Of a stretch of 64,000 nucleotides of DNA, positions 22,235 through 32,534 are shown in pieces. Below the pieces are notes generated by a model. It had not been told where the DNA came from, did no database searches, and was given only the letters and a program-made list of their open reading frames with translations. This DNA comes from Thermococcus sp. JdFR-02. GTDB taxonomy: Archaea; Methanobacteriota_B; Thermococci; Thermococcales; Thermococcaceae. Location of the stretch: positions 32,001-96,000 of the forward strand of contig MTLP01000042.1 in NCBI GenBank assembly GCA_002009975.1, given 5' to 3'. The position numbers were made by a program, and so were the translations under genes. How positions within the stretch are numbered: position 1 is the first letter of the stretch; each line of letters starts with the position of its first letter.

Positions 22235-23155
22235 CATCAGTGCCAATGGAACCGTGTATAGCCACTCTCCATCGACTATTAGGTCAATCTCTTTCCCTAT
22301 TTTCTTGCCTTTCTTTGAGAAGTGCAGTATATACCAGTAACCGTTTAATATTGAAAAGATTAAGACGAGGGAATATTCAGTGAAGTATCCAAAATGGTAG
22401 CCTATGAAGAACCATGGAATAAAAGTCGTGTTTAAAGCTAAGAGTAAAGCTTTACTCTTTTCAAACCCAAGCTTTACTGGAACGGTTTTAATTCCATTTG
22501 CCCTATCACCTTCAATGTCCCTGAGATCAAAAAGCATGGTATTTATTATGCTCTTCATGAAGAAGAAGTAATAAATTAGAGCCACTTTAAGTCCATCTAC
22601 ATGTGTAAGGGTCAAATAGGGGAGGAAAGTTGTACCATTTGCCCATGTTAACGCTATTATCAAGTTTTTAACTCCAGTTATATCCTTTAACCTTGGATAT
22701 CTTGGGGATACCCTAATACTATAAAGCACACCAGAGAATATAGGGAACATGACAACAAGGATTGCCCAGAAGCTCGTTAGGGCACTCAAAATTATGGCTA
22801 ATATAAATGATAGTAATATTGAGTACTTAAATATCCTAACAACCTTTTTTATATACTTAACTCTCTCAGGGTTGTTTATCTCGTCCTCTTTTAAATCCGT
22901 TAGTTTGTTTATTCCGTAAACACTGAACACTAAGAAGAATGTTGTTAAGAGAAGATTTACTCTTGGTTCAGTGCCATATAGCATGAAGGACAGGTACAGC
23001 TTAAATGTGCCACTTATGGCTAAAAACAGGGACGTTGCTATTAAAAACGCAAGCACTGAGTATGCTATGTCATAAACTTTCTTGAACTTTCTCAATAATA
23101 GCGTTGGAATTTCTAAATTTTTGTAATATCCAGAGACATATCTCCAGTCCACCAT
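22226..23155 (-). CDS. UbiA-family prenyltransferase of unknown substrate
   Basis: Asp-rich motifs NKLTDLKEDEINNPER and FDLRDIEGDRANGIKTVP; multiple TM helices. Confidence 0.88.
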   Translation of the reverse strand: MVDWRYVSGYYKNLEIPTLLLRKFKKVYDIAYSVLAFLIATSLFLAISGTFKLYLSFMLYGTEPRVNLLLTTFFLVFSVYGINKLTDLKEDEINNPERVKYIKKVVRIFKYSILLSFILAIILSALTSFWAILVVMFPIFSGVLYSIRVSPRYPRLKDITGVKNLIIALTWANGTTFLPYLTLTHVDGLKVALIYYFFFMKSIINTMLFDLRDIEGDRANGIKTVPVKLGFEKSKALLLALNTTFIPWFFIGYHFGYFTEYSLVLIFSILNGYWYILHFSKKGKKIGKEIDLIVDGEWLYTVPLALMLV

Positions 23156-23297
23156 ATTTCTTTCCCCCAGTACCCTTTTTAAAATATCTACTACGTTAGA
23201 TTGCTAAGCCCTTATTCCAAAAAATCGTTATTTGATACGCGAGACACTGATTCAAGCCTAGAGGCAATAATTAAATTATAAATGAAAAGGGTAAAGA

Positions 23298-24092
23298 TTA
23301 CAAAACCCTTTTTGCATTCTCTTTATAATACTGGAAGAGGTCTAATCCCCATTTCCTTGCTTTTTCGTTGTTGCTGATTAGGTCCATAGTTGTATCGTAT
23401 CGCCCATCGAGGAAAAACAATCCAAGGGACATGAACGTATCTGTAACAGTAAAGGCAACCCTTGGATTCCAGTCTAATGTATAGATTTTAACGTTTGGCA
23501 AGCTCTTAACCCTCTCAACATCTTCAGAAGGTGCTAATTCCAGCAATCTTTCATAGACTGCTTGTGTTATAATGATCTCAATATCAATATTTTTGGTTGA
23601 TGCAAGATCTGAAAATGCCTCTGGATAGTCAGAAAAGAGTATGGGGGAAACTCCCCTAATCCATCTTGAAGTCTTTACAAGTCGCATATATATTTCATGT
23701 GGCATTGCAAGCTGGTCTGGAGGAGTAACATACAACTCAGATTCCTTTAAGTCTCCTATTCTTTCAAGCAATTCTAAAGGAATTCCACTCAAATCATGAG
23801 TTAACCAAAACTCCTCAAATTTTTTCACAGTCTCAAGAGTGTCTAGCAATCTTGCCATTTGTAAATATATTATGCGTCCGGTATTTGTGAGCATATATTC
23901 TTTAGTCTCTTTATTTTGCACGATTAACTTTTCTTCCTCAAGATCCTTAAGAGAGTGAGAAATCGTAGATTTAGTAGAACCGATTATATCTTGTAACTCT
24001 CTAAGCAATTTCGGCTCTCTTGCTAGTACTAATAGTATCCTACGACGTAGATCAGATGATACAATTAGTTTTAGTATTTTCTCAACATTCAT
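23298..24092 (-). CDS. Winged-HTH transcriptional regulator with DUF1724/FilR1-type C-terminal domain
   Basis: SSDLRRRIL...STISHSLKDL HTH; FWLTHDLSGIP, GLFFLDGRYD and WGLDLFQYY. Confidence 0.85.
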   Translation of the reverse strand: MNVEKILKLIVSSDLRRRILLVLAREPKLLRELQDIIGSTKSTISHSLKDLEEEKLIVQNKETKEYMLTNTGRIIYLQMARLLDTLETVKKFEEFWLTHDLSGIPLELLERIGDLKESELYVTPPDQLAMPHEIYMRLVKTSRWIRGVSPILFSDYPEAFSDLASTKNIDIEIIITQAVYERLLELAPSEDVERVKSLPNVKIYTLDWNPRVAFTVTDTFMSLGLFFLDGRYDTTMDLISNNEKARKWGLDLFQYYKENAKRVL

Positions 24093-24154
24093 AAGCTTCT
24101 CCTCCTTTTTCTTTTATACCAGAGGTTGTTAATAAGTTTTTCTTTAAAATCCAG

Positions 24155-24202
24155 TTTTGTTCTCTGAGAACAATTTTGTTCTCGTAAAACAAAACTTTAT
24201 AT
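24155..24202. promoter_or_regulatory. Tandem palindromic operator plus TATA box in divergent promoter
   Basis: TTGTTCTC-T-GAGAACAA (24157-24173), then TTTTGTTCTC-G-TAAAACAAAA (24174-24194), then TTTATAT (24196-24202). Confidence 0.75.
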
Positions 24203-24241
24203 CTCACCATGATAAATATTAGTACAGAGGGGGAAGATAAT

Positions 24242-25009
24242 ATGAAGATTTTAAAGTCTGGATTTGAGGAATTTGATAAGATTTTGGGTAGCGGTATTTT
24301 AGAAGGTACTAACGTTCTTTTTATTTACGATTCATTCTCACTTGGTTGGATAATGCCATTTAAGATATTTCAGTATAGAGTTAGCAAAGGAGATTTTGGA
24401 GTAATAATAAACTATAACCTCCCTTTGTCAAAGCTTGCATTGAGAGCTAAATCCGCAGGTCTGGATATAGAAGTGGAGGGCAAGAATGGAAACTTGGCAA
24501 TTATAGATGTATTTGGGTCAAGATATGGGAGTAAGCGTTCGGATGATTATGTATACACGATTGAAGGTTTTGATCCAGACACATATGTTCCAAAACTTTT
24601 AGAGATTTATCATGAGATTCTAAAAAAGGCAAATAATAGGAGATTAATAGAGATAAACTTTACAGTCGATGGACTTGCATTTGAAATTGGGGAGGACAGA
24701 AGTATTAGAATACTGAAGCATATACTTTCAAAGAAAGAGTATATACAAGGGAAAAAGACACCATCTCTGCTTTCAATGCTCCTTCTAAACAAGGACAGAG
24801 TCTCAAAGGAATTTGTTTCTTGGAATATTGAGTTTGGAGATTATGTTATTGAATTCATCTTTGAAGGAAGAGCTGGACAAGTTATGGAAGAAATGTACGT
24901 CCTAAAATCTCCCTCTTTTGACTTTGAACCAAAGGCTTATGCATGCACAATTAAAAACAGCAATATCTTTATTCAAAATATAAATCAAAGGGGGAGGGTT
25001 ATACTTTAA
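24242..25009 (+). CDS. Degenerate KaiC/RAD55 protein, paralog of 6037-6792
   Basis: SGFEEFDKILGSG; YDSFSLG in place of Walker A; GDFGVIINYN and GKNGNLAIIDVF shared with the paralog. Confidence 0.8.
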   Translation: MKILKSGFEEFDKILGSGILEGTNVLFIYDSFSLGWIMPFKIFQYRVSKGDFGVIINYNLPLSKLALRAKSAGLDIEVEGKNGNLAIIDVFGSRYGSKRSDDYVYTIEGFDPDTYVPKLLEIYHEILKKANNRRLIEINFTVDGLAFEIGEDRSIRILKHILSKKEYIQGKKTPSLLSMLLLNKDRVSKEFVSWNIEFGDYVIEFIFEGRAGQVMEEMYVLKSPSFDFEPKAYACTIKNSNIFIQNINQRGRVIL

Positions 25010-25572
25010 ACCATGAATTCACTTGCCGTTTGAGGTTTCATAGGGAGTTCTTCTGGTAATGAAAAGAAAGCGATTATTTCTAGAACTTTTGCCACTATTA
25101 GAATTAAACCTCCAATCATTACTATCAAGAGTGCTGCTCCAATTAAGTAGAGCGCCCCTACTGTGCTAAACATGCTCACATCAGTGTATTCTGCTATCGA
25201 GGTATAACTTTTTCTTATAAAGAATGAACCCGCTAGGAGGAATATCCATAACAAGAAAATTCCGAGCAAAATGCTTCCCATCATCGCTGTAAATCCTCGT
25301 GCACCCATTGCCATCGCGCCAACTACTGATCCGCCTATTACTACTAATAAAACACCAATTCCTAATATCTGCATTATAAAAGCAATTAAGTAATTTTTGA
25401 AAATCGATTCGTCATTAGTCTCATCGGAAATATATTTCACCGCTAGAATAATCAACACTAATCCAACTATGCTGAATACACTGCCAATACGGGGTATGAT
25501 CCCTCCTATAAGTCCCAATAATGCTCCGACTCCTCCATATGTTTTTGCTTGACTTAGACTCACAGTCCTCAC
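25006..25572 (-). CDS. DUF996-family membrane protein
   Basis: AKTYGGVGALL, ISDETNDESIFKNY and IIAFFSLPEE. Confidence 0.8.
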   Translation of the reverse strand: MRTVSLSQAKTYGGVGALLGLIGGIIPRIGSVFSIVGLVLIILAVKYISDETNDESIFKNYLIAFIMQILGIGVLLVVIGGSVVGAMAMGARGFTAMMGSILLGIFLLWIFLLAGSFFIRKSYTSIAEYTDVSMFSTVGALYLIGAALLIVMIGGLILIVAKVLEIIAFFSLPEELPMKPQTASEFMV

Positions 25573-25684
25573 CAGAGATTATTACTAGCTAAAAATATAA
25601 AAGCATAACGAAAAAACACAGTAGCTAGATGTATCTATTAAGAAAGTTTGACTTCAAGCAGAAATAAGCAAAACAATCATAAAA

Positions 25685-25876
25685 TTATTCTTCGATAATT
25701 TTAGCATTTCTAATCTTTTTTGAGCCAATCCTTAGGCTTTTAAAGTAGTTTATATGCTCCTCTGGAAGGAAATTATCGAGCTTAGTTGGTTTTAACCTTT
25801 TTCGCTTTACCTTTTGTGGCTGTTCATTGAATTTTATAGTAGATTTCTCAATGAATTCATCAAGCTTTTTATCCAT
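25685..25876 (-). CDS. tip: Thermococcales inhibitor of PCNA (TIP, TK0808-like)
   Basis: MDKKLDEFI...[22 protein letters not shown]...[13 protein letters not shown] matches TIP as recalled; divergent from glmS-aglB. Confidence 0.88.
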   Translation of the reverse strand: MDKKLDEFIEKSTIKFNEQPQKVKRKRLKPTKLDNFLPEEHINYFKSLRIGSKKIRNAKIIEE

Positions 25877-26156
25877 ACACCCACCCAAAAGATTTGGACT
25901 GATATTGTTATATAGGTTTTTTGATAATTTTAATAGCAAATTAAAGGAACAAACGAAACCAACAACCTTAATCTATAGGCATAGGTACATTTTTGTTTTC
26001 TGTTCAGCGCTTGAAAAGGTGATAAACTTTTTTACATTGAAAGCAATTGTTTAAAACCTTAAAAAATAACCTACCAAAACGGTTTTGCAGAAACCCTTTT
26101 AATGAACAAATTTACCTAATATGATGATAAATAAAAGTTCCAGAGAGGGAAGTGAA

Positions 26157-27965
26157 ATGTGTGGAATCATCGGATACATTGGAGATCGAAAAGCATGTGA
26201 AGTCATTGTTGATGGTTTAAAGAGATTAGAATACAGGGGTTATGATTCTGTTGGGGTAGTAACTGAAGAAAATGGAAAGTTACATATAAGGAAAGGCGCT
26301 GGCAAGATAGATGAACTAAAGGAGAAGTTAAGATTAAATGAGATGCCCGGAAATAGGGGAATTGGGCACACACGATGGGCTACCCACGGTATTCCAAATG
26401 ATATCAATGCTCACCCTCACACAGATTGTACTGGAGAAATTGCTATCGTTCATAACGGAATAATTGAGAATTATCTTGAACTTAAAGAAGAGCTTATCAA
26501 AAAAGGCCACAGATTTGTTAGTGACACTGATACCGAGGTTATTGTCCATCTAATTGAGGAGGGTTTAAAAGACTTTAAGAATCTTGAGAATGCACTAAGG
26601 TATGCTCTTCTAAAGCTTAAAGGTTCATTTGCATTGGGGATTATCTACACAAAAGATAGAGAACACCTGTATTTAGTTAGAAATGAAAGTCCACTTGTCT
26701 TGGGAATAGGAAATGGGGAGATGCTTTTTGCCTCTGACATACCTGCCTTGCTTCCATATACAAATAGGGTAATTTTCTTGGATGATGGAGAATATGCCGT
26801 GATAACTAAAAACTCTTTTGTGATTAAAGATATGAGAACGGGAGAAATTAGAGATAAACAAATACAGGAGATAAATTGGAGTTTAGAAATGGCTGAAAAA
26901 CAAGGTTATGATCATTTCATGCTTAAAGAGATTCATGAACAGCCAAAAGCTGTAAAGGAAGCATTTTATGGAAATGTTAAGACAATAGACAAAGTTGCAA
27001 AGGAGATTGCAAAATACGAAAAAATATTCATAGTTGCAATGGGAACTTCATATCATGCTGGAATAGCTGGAAAATATCTCTTCCAAAGATTAGCTAAAAA
27101 AGTTCCTATAGTTGAAGAAGCAAGCGAGTTTAGGTATGAAGCGGAGGATTTGGTTGATGAAAACACGTTAGTTATTGCAATAACACAAAGTGGGGAAACT
27201 GCAGATACATTAGCGGCTATAAGGTTAGCTAAAAAGAAAGGTGCAAAGGTTCTAAGTATTGTGAACGTTGTTGGAAGCATGGCTACAAGAATCAGTGATT
27301 TAGTGGTTTATACCCATGCAGGTCCAGAAATAGGGGTTGCAGCAACTAAGACCTATGCAACACAGTTAACTGTTTTAGCAATGTTAACAGCAGCTTTAGC
27401 CAAACATTTAGGAACTGTTGAAGAGAGCTACTTAAAAGAGCTGGAAAATCAGATACACGATTTGCCAAAGTATGTTGAGGCTGCACTAGGCTATGAAAAT
27501 AAAATTAAAAAGCTTGCAAAGGAACTGAAAGATAAGAGGGACTTCTTCTACATTGGAAGAAGCATAAGCTTTGCGACTGCTTTAGAAGGTGCACTAAAGC
27601 TTAAGGAGATAAGCTACATACATGCTGAAGGATTATCTGCAGGTGAACTTAAGCATGGACCCCTAGCTTTGATTGAAGAAGGCGTCCCAGTTGTTGCAAT
27701 AGCTCCAACAGGAAAAACCTATGACAAGATAATTTCAAATATTGAAGAAGCAAAGGCAAGAAAAGGCTTCATAATAACATTAGGAGACAGTGAAGAGCTT
27801 AAAGAGATAAGCGACGTCTTTATAAAGATGCCGAAAGTTGATGAGCTTTTAAGTCCAATAGTTTATATAGTCCCACTCCAATTATTAGCTTATCACTTAG
27901 CAGTTTTAAGAGGCAATGACCCTGATAAACCTAGGAATTTAGCAAAATCTGTTACCGTTGAATGA
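26157..27965 (+). CDS. glmS: Glutamine-fructose-6-phosphate transaminase
   Basis: MCGIIG N-terminus, [15 protein letters not shown]-like, [11 protein letters not shown]. Confidence 0.97.
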   Translation: MCGIIGYIGDRKACEVIVDGLKRLEYRGYDSVGVVTEENGKLHIRKGAGKIDELKEKLRLNEMPGNRGIGHTRWATHGIPNDINAHPHTDCTGEIAIVHNGIIENYLELKEELIKKGHRFVSDTDTEVIVHLIEEGLKDFKNLENALRYALLKLKGSFALGIIYTKDREHLYLVRNESPLVLGIGNGEMLFASDIPALLPYTNRVIFLDDGEYAVITKNSFVIKDMRTGEIRDKQIQEINWSLEMAEKQGYDHFMLKEIHEQPKAVKEAFYGNVKTIDKVAKEIAKYEKIFIVAMGTSYHAGIAGKYLFQRLAKKVPIVEEASEFRYEAEDLVDENTLVIAITQSGETADTLAAIRLAKKKGAKVLSIVNVVGSMATRISDLVVYTHAGPEIGVAATKTYATQLTVLAMLTAALAKHLGTVEESYLKELENQIHDLPKYVEAALGYENKIKKLAKELKDKRDFFYIGRSISFATALEGALKLKEISYIHAEGLSAGELKHGPLALIEEGVPVVAIAPTGKTYDKIISNIEEAKARKGFIITLGDSEELKEISDVFIKMPKVDELLSPIVYIVPLQLLAYHLAVLRGNDPDKPRNLAKSVTVE

Positions 27966-27975
27966 GGTGGTGTGC

Positions 27976-30822
27976 ATGGTAAAAGGGAAGAAGAAGGTTA
28001 AGAAAGTTGAAAAAAGTGAAGAAAAACCTTCTTCCTTTAATTTTAGTAAAGTGTTAAGATTCGCAATTCCGGTGATTGTGATTTTAGTTGCTTTTATCGG
28101 ATTTAAATTGAGAATGCAAACTGCACAGGCAAGGTACTTCATAGACTTCGACACCTTCTATCACTATGAGATCTACAAGCTCACAATAAAGGAGTGGATA
28201 CCAAAGTACTATCCAATGTCTGATGCCCCATTTGGGTCTAAAATTGGAGAACCTTTAGGACTCTACATCTTCCCAGCACTTCTCTATAAGATAGCCTCAC
28301 TATTTGGATATAATGATCTTCAAGTTTTTAGAGCATTCCCTCCTTTGGTAGGATTTTTCAGCATAATAGGAATATATCTGCTCGGTAAAAAGCTACATTC
28401 AGAATGGGCTGGGCTTTGGAGCGCTTCAATAATGATGTTCTCAACCTCCCACTTTGTTAGGACTTTTTCTGGAAATAATAGGGGAGATGGTATCTTTCTT
28501 ATGTTTTTCTTCTATGCATTGATCTCCCTGTTCTATTATTTAGATACAAGCAAGAAGAGCATAAAATACACATTTGGAATTTTATCTGTTCTGTTTATGG
28601 TGGCATCTTTAAGTGCATGGAATGGCAGTCCTTTCGGTTTGATGGTTTTACTTGGCTTTGCTAGTGTTAACTCAATAATACTCTTCATTTTTGGAAAAAT
28701 TGACGAACTGAAGACCTTTGTAAGAGATTTTTACCCGGTTTATGCTTTAATGTTGATTATGGGCTATGCACTAACTCCAAGTGGCATTGTAAGAGTTGCA
28801 GGACATATAAAGTTTGCATTTGAAGTCTTTATTGGACTCCTGCTTCTAACTTCCATAATGCTCTATGGAGAAAGACTTAAACTAAATTACTCAGATAAGA
28901 CGCATAGATTCGGAGTTGTTGCAGTTATAACCTTTATTGGCTTTGCTGGGGCATATCTATACGTTGGTCCAAAATTATTCAGCCTAATGGGTGGTGCCTA
29001 TCAATCAACTCAAGTTTACGAGACGGTGCAAGAATTGGCAAAGACCACTTGGACAAGTGTTTCTCAATATTATGCAGTGAAAAGTAATGATGGTATAATA
29101 TTCTTGGTCTCGCTTGTCGGTATTTTATTAACGGCTTTTCATTTCTTTAACAAATTGTCTAAAAATAACAGGGTGGACACAAAAGCACTCTTCGTTCTAA
29201 TCTATTACGGAATGTCGATTTATCTAATGTGGACTGCAGTGAGATTTCTTTTCCTCGCTTCAGGGGCGATTATATTAACCTTTGGAATCCTTGTCGGTGA
29301 ACTATTTAAATTAGTCGAAAGTATGCAGGAGAAGGTTTCAACAAAAGCTCTCTACGCTGCTTTATTGGTCATTTTGTTTATTCCAATTCCAATAGTAGGG
29401 GCAACTACAATGAACAATCAGGCAAAAGCAATGGCAATTAGCGAACCTGTAACTCCTTCTTGGGAAGAAACGTTAAAGTGGCTTAGAGAAGAAACACCAA
29501 AGCTCTCAACAGCAACTTCTTGGTGGGACTATGGTTATTGGATTGAGAGTTCACTTTTGGGCAATAGGAGAGCAAGTGCTGATGGGGGACATGCGAGGGA
29601 TAGAGATTACATACTAGCCAAATTCCTAGCAAATACTGGACAAAAAAGTGAGATAGACTTTGAAAGCTGGGAACTAAACTATTTCATAACCTGGAGTCAG
29701 GATATATTCAAATTTAATGCAATAAGCTACCTTGGAGGAGTTATAAGTAGGGAAGAGAGGGATAGAATAGCAATGTTCGTGCCTTTCCAAAAAGTCGCTG
29801 AGAATATTTACATGATAGATCAATACAGACAAATAAAAATTGTCACGGAAGAAGGCAAAAAGAAGGTTGTAATGAGTATTGGAACTCAAGAGGGAGAACC
29901 GATTAGAAGTATAATTGTGGAAAATGGAGAAGTCATTCAAGGGAAGGGAGACTTCCCAGGAGTAGTGTGGATTTTCCCCAATTATGCAATATATGCATAT
30001 CACAAGATAGCTTTCAGTAACTTCTTTAGACTGGCTTTCTTAAATGGAAATGGTCTTCCAAACTTTAGACTCGTAAAATCAACAGGAGATATAAACGTCT
30101 ACGAATTCAGACCCTTTGTCTTAGTTCGTATTGAGGTCTTTGAAAACAACACATGGAAGAGCATTAGAAAATTAACCCCAGGAGAATACAAAGCCAAGCT
30201 TTACATTTCAGCCTTTGGAAGAGATGTAAAAGGTGCAATCCTAAAGCTCAGGGCATACAATGGTGAAAAGCTGATAAAAGAAGAGATTTTAGCTCAAAAC
30301 GTCAATGTGGATCATTTAAACGAGCAGCCAATTGAAGTAACATTAAACGTCCCAGAAGCTGAGAAGTATGAGATAGTTTTAGTTCAAGAGGGTCCTGTAG
30401 GGGTCTTAAAAGATGTTCCAAAGGTTAATGGAAAGATCAGCAACCCAATATACGTCTTAAGAGAGGGAGAAAGTGGAAATATTGAGCTTAAGGCTGAGTT
30501 TGATAGGGATTACACAGTTGACCTGTATCTGCGGGCTACAATTATTTACCTTGTGAGAACTCAAGGAACAAGCAACGAAGATGAAAAAGCCGTTTTTGAG
30601 CCTCACATGGACATTATTGAGTATGTCCCAGTGAAGGAGAAAATTAATGTTAAAGCTGGAGAAAATGTGATTTTAGCAAGTGCAAGCATGCCAGAGGTCT
30701 TTAATTCATATATACAGAAGCTTAAGGAAGAGTATGGCGAAGATAAATTAGTCATTAGAGGAAAAAGGATAGAGCCAGTATTCATAGCACAAAAAGAGTA
30801 CGTAATTTATGAGCAAAGCTAA
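27976..30822 (+). CDS. aglB: Oligosaccharyltransferase AglB (STT3)
   Basis: DFDTFYH, TVQE and WWDYG motifs; N-terminal multi-TM domain. Confidence 0.95.
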   Translation: MVKGKKKVKKVEKSEEKPSSFNFSKVLRFAIPVIVILVAFIGFKLRMQTAQARYFIDFDTFYHYEIYKLTIKEWIPKYYPMSDAPFGSKIGEPLGLYIFPALLYKIASLFGYNDLQVFRAFPPLVGFFSIIGIYLLGKKLHSEWAGLWSASIMMFSTSHFVRTFSGNNRGDGIFLMFFFYALISLFYYLDTSKKSIKYTFGILSVLFMVASLSAWNGSPFGLMVLLGFASVNSIILFIFGKIDELKTFVRDFYPVYALMLIMGYALTPSGIVRVAGHIKFAFEVFIGLLLLTSIMLYGERLKLNYSDKTHRFGVVAVITFIGFAGAYLYVGPKLFSLMGGAYQSTQVYETVQELAKTTWTSVSQYYAVKSNDGIIFLVSLVGILLTAFHFFNKLSKNNRVDTKALFVLIYYGMSIYLMWTAVRFLFLASGAIILTFGILVGELFKLVESMQEKVSTKALYAALLVILFIPIPIVGATTMNNQAKAMAISEPVTPSWEETLKWLREETPKLSTATSWWDYGYWIESSLLGNRRASADGGHARDRDYILAKFLANTGQKSEIDFESWELNYFITWSQDIFKFNAISYLGGVISREERDRIAMFVPFQKVAENIYMIDQYRQIKIVTEEGKKKVVMSIGTQEGEPIRSIIVENGEVIQGKGDFPGVVWIFPNYAIYAYHKIAFSNFFRLAFLNGNGLPNFRLVKSTGDINVYEFRPFVLVRIEVFENNTWKSIRKLTPGEYKAKLYISAFGRDVKGAILKLRAYNGEKLIKEEILAQNVNVDHLNEQPIEVTLNVPEAEKYEIVLVQEGPVGVLKDVPKVNGKISNPIYVLREGESGNIELKAEFDRDYTVDLYLRATIIYLVRTQGTSNEDEKAVFEPHMDIIEYVPVKEKINVKAGENVILASASMPEVFNSYIQKLKEEYGEDKLVIRGKRIEPVFIAQKEYVIYEQS

Positions 30823-30835
30823 CTTCTCTTTTTTA

Positions 30836-31243
30836 TTAATTTCTAACAACTACGATATCCTCAAGAGTTTTTAGTCCGCTTTTCTTTACTGTCTCTTCAA
30901 TTTTTGTCTCAATTTCTTTCTCGGGCTTTAAAACTAAGACCTCTATCTGAGAGTAGCCAAGTTTTTTTAGAGCAAATGCCCTATGATGACCATCTAAAAT
31001 GTAGTATCGTCCTTTGTGAGATAAAACGATTACTGGTGCATCATAGCCGTGTTTAATCTCTTGCAAGACAACAAGGAGTTTTGTCTCATTTAATTCTCTT
31101 TGTGTAGGTATTAACACATCAATTGGAAGAAATTTTTGCTCTATTTCAAATTTAACGTTATATATTGCCTCGTTTATCCTCTTAAGCTTCTCTGCTCTTC
31201 TAAATGCGTCTTCTCTTGAAATTACACTTATCTTTTCGTTCAT
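30836..31243 (-). CDS. Stand-alone ParB/Sulfiredoxin N-terminal domain protein
   Basis: LIPTQ and YILDGHHRAFA motifs. Confidence 0.85.
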   Translation of the reverse strand: MNEKISVISREDAFRRAEKLKRINEAIYNVKFEIEQKFLPIDVLIPTQRELNETKLLVVLQEIKHGYDAPVIVLSHKGRYYILDGHHRAFALKKLGYSQIEVLVLKPEKEIETKIEETVKKSGLKTLEDIVVVRN

Positions 31244-31917
31244 TCTTTAACCCCTCTTACTACTATAAATGCCCCCAACGATTTTAGCTCAGCATTGAAT
31301 CTCTTATCCATATCTTCAGCCAAGCTTAGAAAAGGTAAGAAAGATGGAAAGAATATAACACCTCTACTTTCAATTTCCTTAAATCCAGATTTACTCAAGA
31401 GTTTCTCAAGTTCCCTAGGTGTATAAAAGCGTGCATATCTATAGGCTGTTTCAAAAAATATGCTCTTCAAACGCTTAAAAATAAACCAAAGACTCCTTCC
31501 GTTCATAGTACCAATAATAACTTCACCATTTGGCTTTAGAACTCTATGAATCTCACTTACTACTTTTTCAGGCTCTTTTAGGAATTCGAACATTGTAATG
31601 CTCATAACCAAATCAAAAGTGTTATCTTTAAATGGTAGATTATAGGCATCTGCCCTAAGAAAAGGTACATTGGGAAGCTTTTGCTTTGCAATTTTAAGCA
31701 TTTCAAGGCTTAAATCAGCGCCTATAACTTTAAATCCTCTTTTGTATAATTCAAGAGTATAATTTCCAGTCCCACAACCCAAATCCAAAGCTAAGCCCTT
31801 TTTAGACTTTAAGAGAGAAAAAATTAACCTCTTCTCTGTTCTGTCAACATATTGTCCAACCTTTGTTTGATACCACGCATCATAACGATGGGCTATTTTA
31901 TCAAAGTATTCTGCCAT
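31240..31917 (-). CDS. Class I SAM-dependent methyltransferase (UbiE/Methyltransf_11-like)
   Basis: LDLGCGTG, LPFKDNTFD and RVLKPNG motifs. Confidence 0.9.
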   Translation of the reverse strand: MAEYFDKIAHRYDAWYQTKVGQYVDRTEKRLIFSLLKSKKGLALDLGCGTGNYTLELYKRGFKVIGADLSLEMLKIAKQKLPNVPFLRADAYNLPFKDNTFDLVMSITMFEFLKEPEKVVSEIHRVLKPNGEVIIGTMNGRSLWFIFKRLKSIFFETAYRYARFYTPRELEKLLSKSGFKEIESRGVIFFPSFLPFLSLAEDMDKRFNAELKSLGAFIVVRGVKE

Positions 31918-31918
31918 T

Positions 31919-32200
31919 TTATATCCCGAGCTTACTCTCTATTGTTAGTGGTTTATCAATCCTGTCGTCGATTCTGATACTTATTACTACCCTTTTCACA
32001 CCGCTTTCGAAAATAACCTTGTGACATCTCTTTACTAACTCTAAAATCTCATCAATCTCTCCTTCAACAACAGTCCCCATAGGGCAAATCATGTATTTTA
32101 AGCCGCTCTTTTTAATTTCATTGACTACTGGCTCTAAATACTTTCCAACGCTTGGAGTTTCTGTGCCAAGAGGAAAAAGACAAATTTCAGCAACTGCCAT
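31919..32200 (-). CDS. MTH1187/YkoF-like thiamine-binding protein (DUF77)
   Basis: PLGTETPSVGKY, PMGTVVEG and IRIDDR. Confidence 0.88.
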   Translation of the reverse strand: MAVAEICLFPLGTETPSVGKYLEPVVNEIKKSGLKYMICPMGTVVEGEIDEILELVKRCHKVIFESGVKRVVISIRIDDRIDKPLTIESKLGI

Positions 32201-32467
32201 TTATCCGCCCCCAGCTGGTGGGAAGATATGAATAACATCATCATCTTTGAGTTGCGTATCTAAACCTTGAAGGTGGAGTATATTATGTCCGTTTACTAAT
32301 ATCATCCCGTTAATCTCCCCATTTTCGTCAATTAGTTCATTTTTAGCTTTCTCTCCATATTGCTCAATAATTATGTTGATCAACTCTCTGATAGTCCTCG
32401 CTCCGTGAACCTCTATCTCTCTCTTCCCTATAGCTTCTCTTAGAGTTGTGTAAACCTTAACCTTCAT
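32201..32467 (-). CDS. Ubiquitin-like MoaD/SAMP1-type sulfur carrier
   Basis: ILVNG, LKDDDVIHIFPPAGGG with C-terminal di-Gly. Confidence 0.9.
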   Translation of the reverse strand: MKVKVYTTLREAIGKREIEVHGARTIRELINIIIEQYGEKAKNELIDENGEINGMILVNGHNILHLQGLDTQLKDDDVIHIFPPAGGG

Positions 32468-32534
32468 ATTCTCACCTAACATACTTTTGCACAATAAGGA
32501 TTAAAGAGTTTTTGGAATGATATCTGAGAACTAA

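Noticed and set aside
25827-26054. 75-aa plus-strand ORF
   Set aside because: TTG start without RBS, overlaps TIP antisense and covers its promoter
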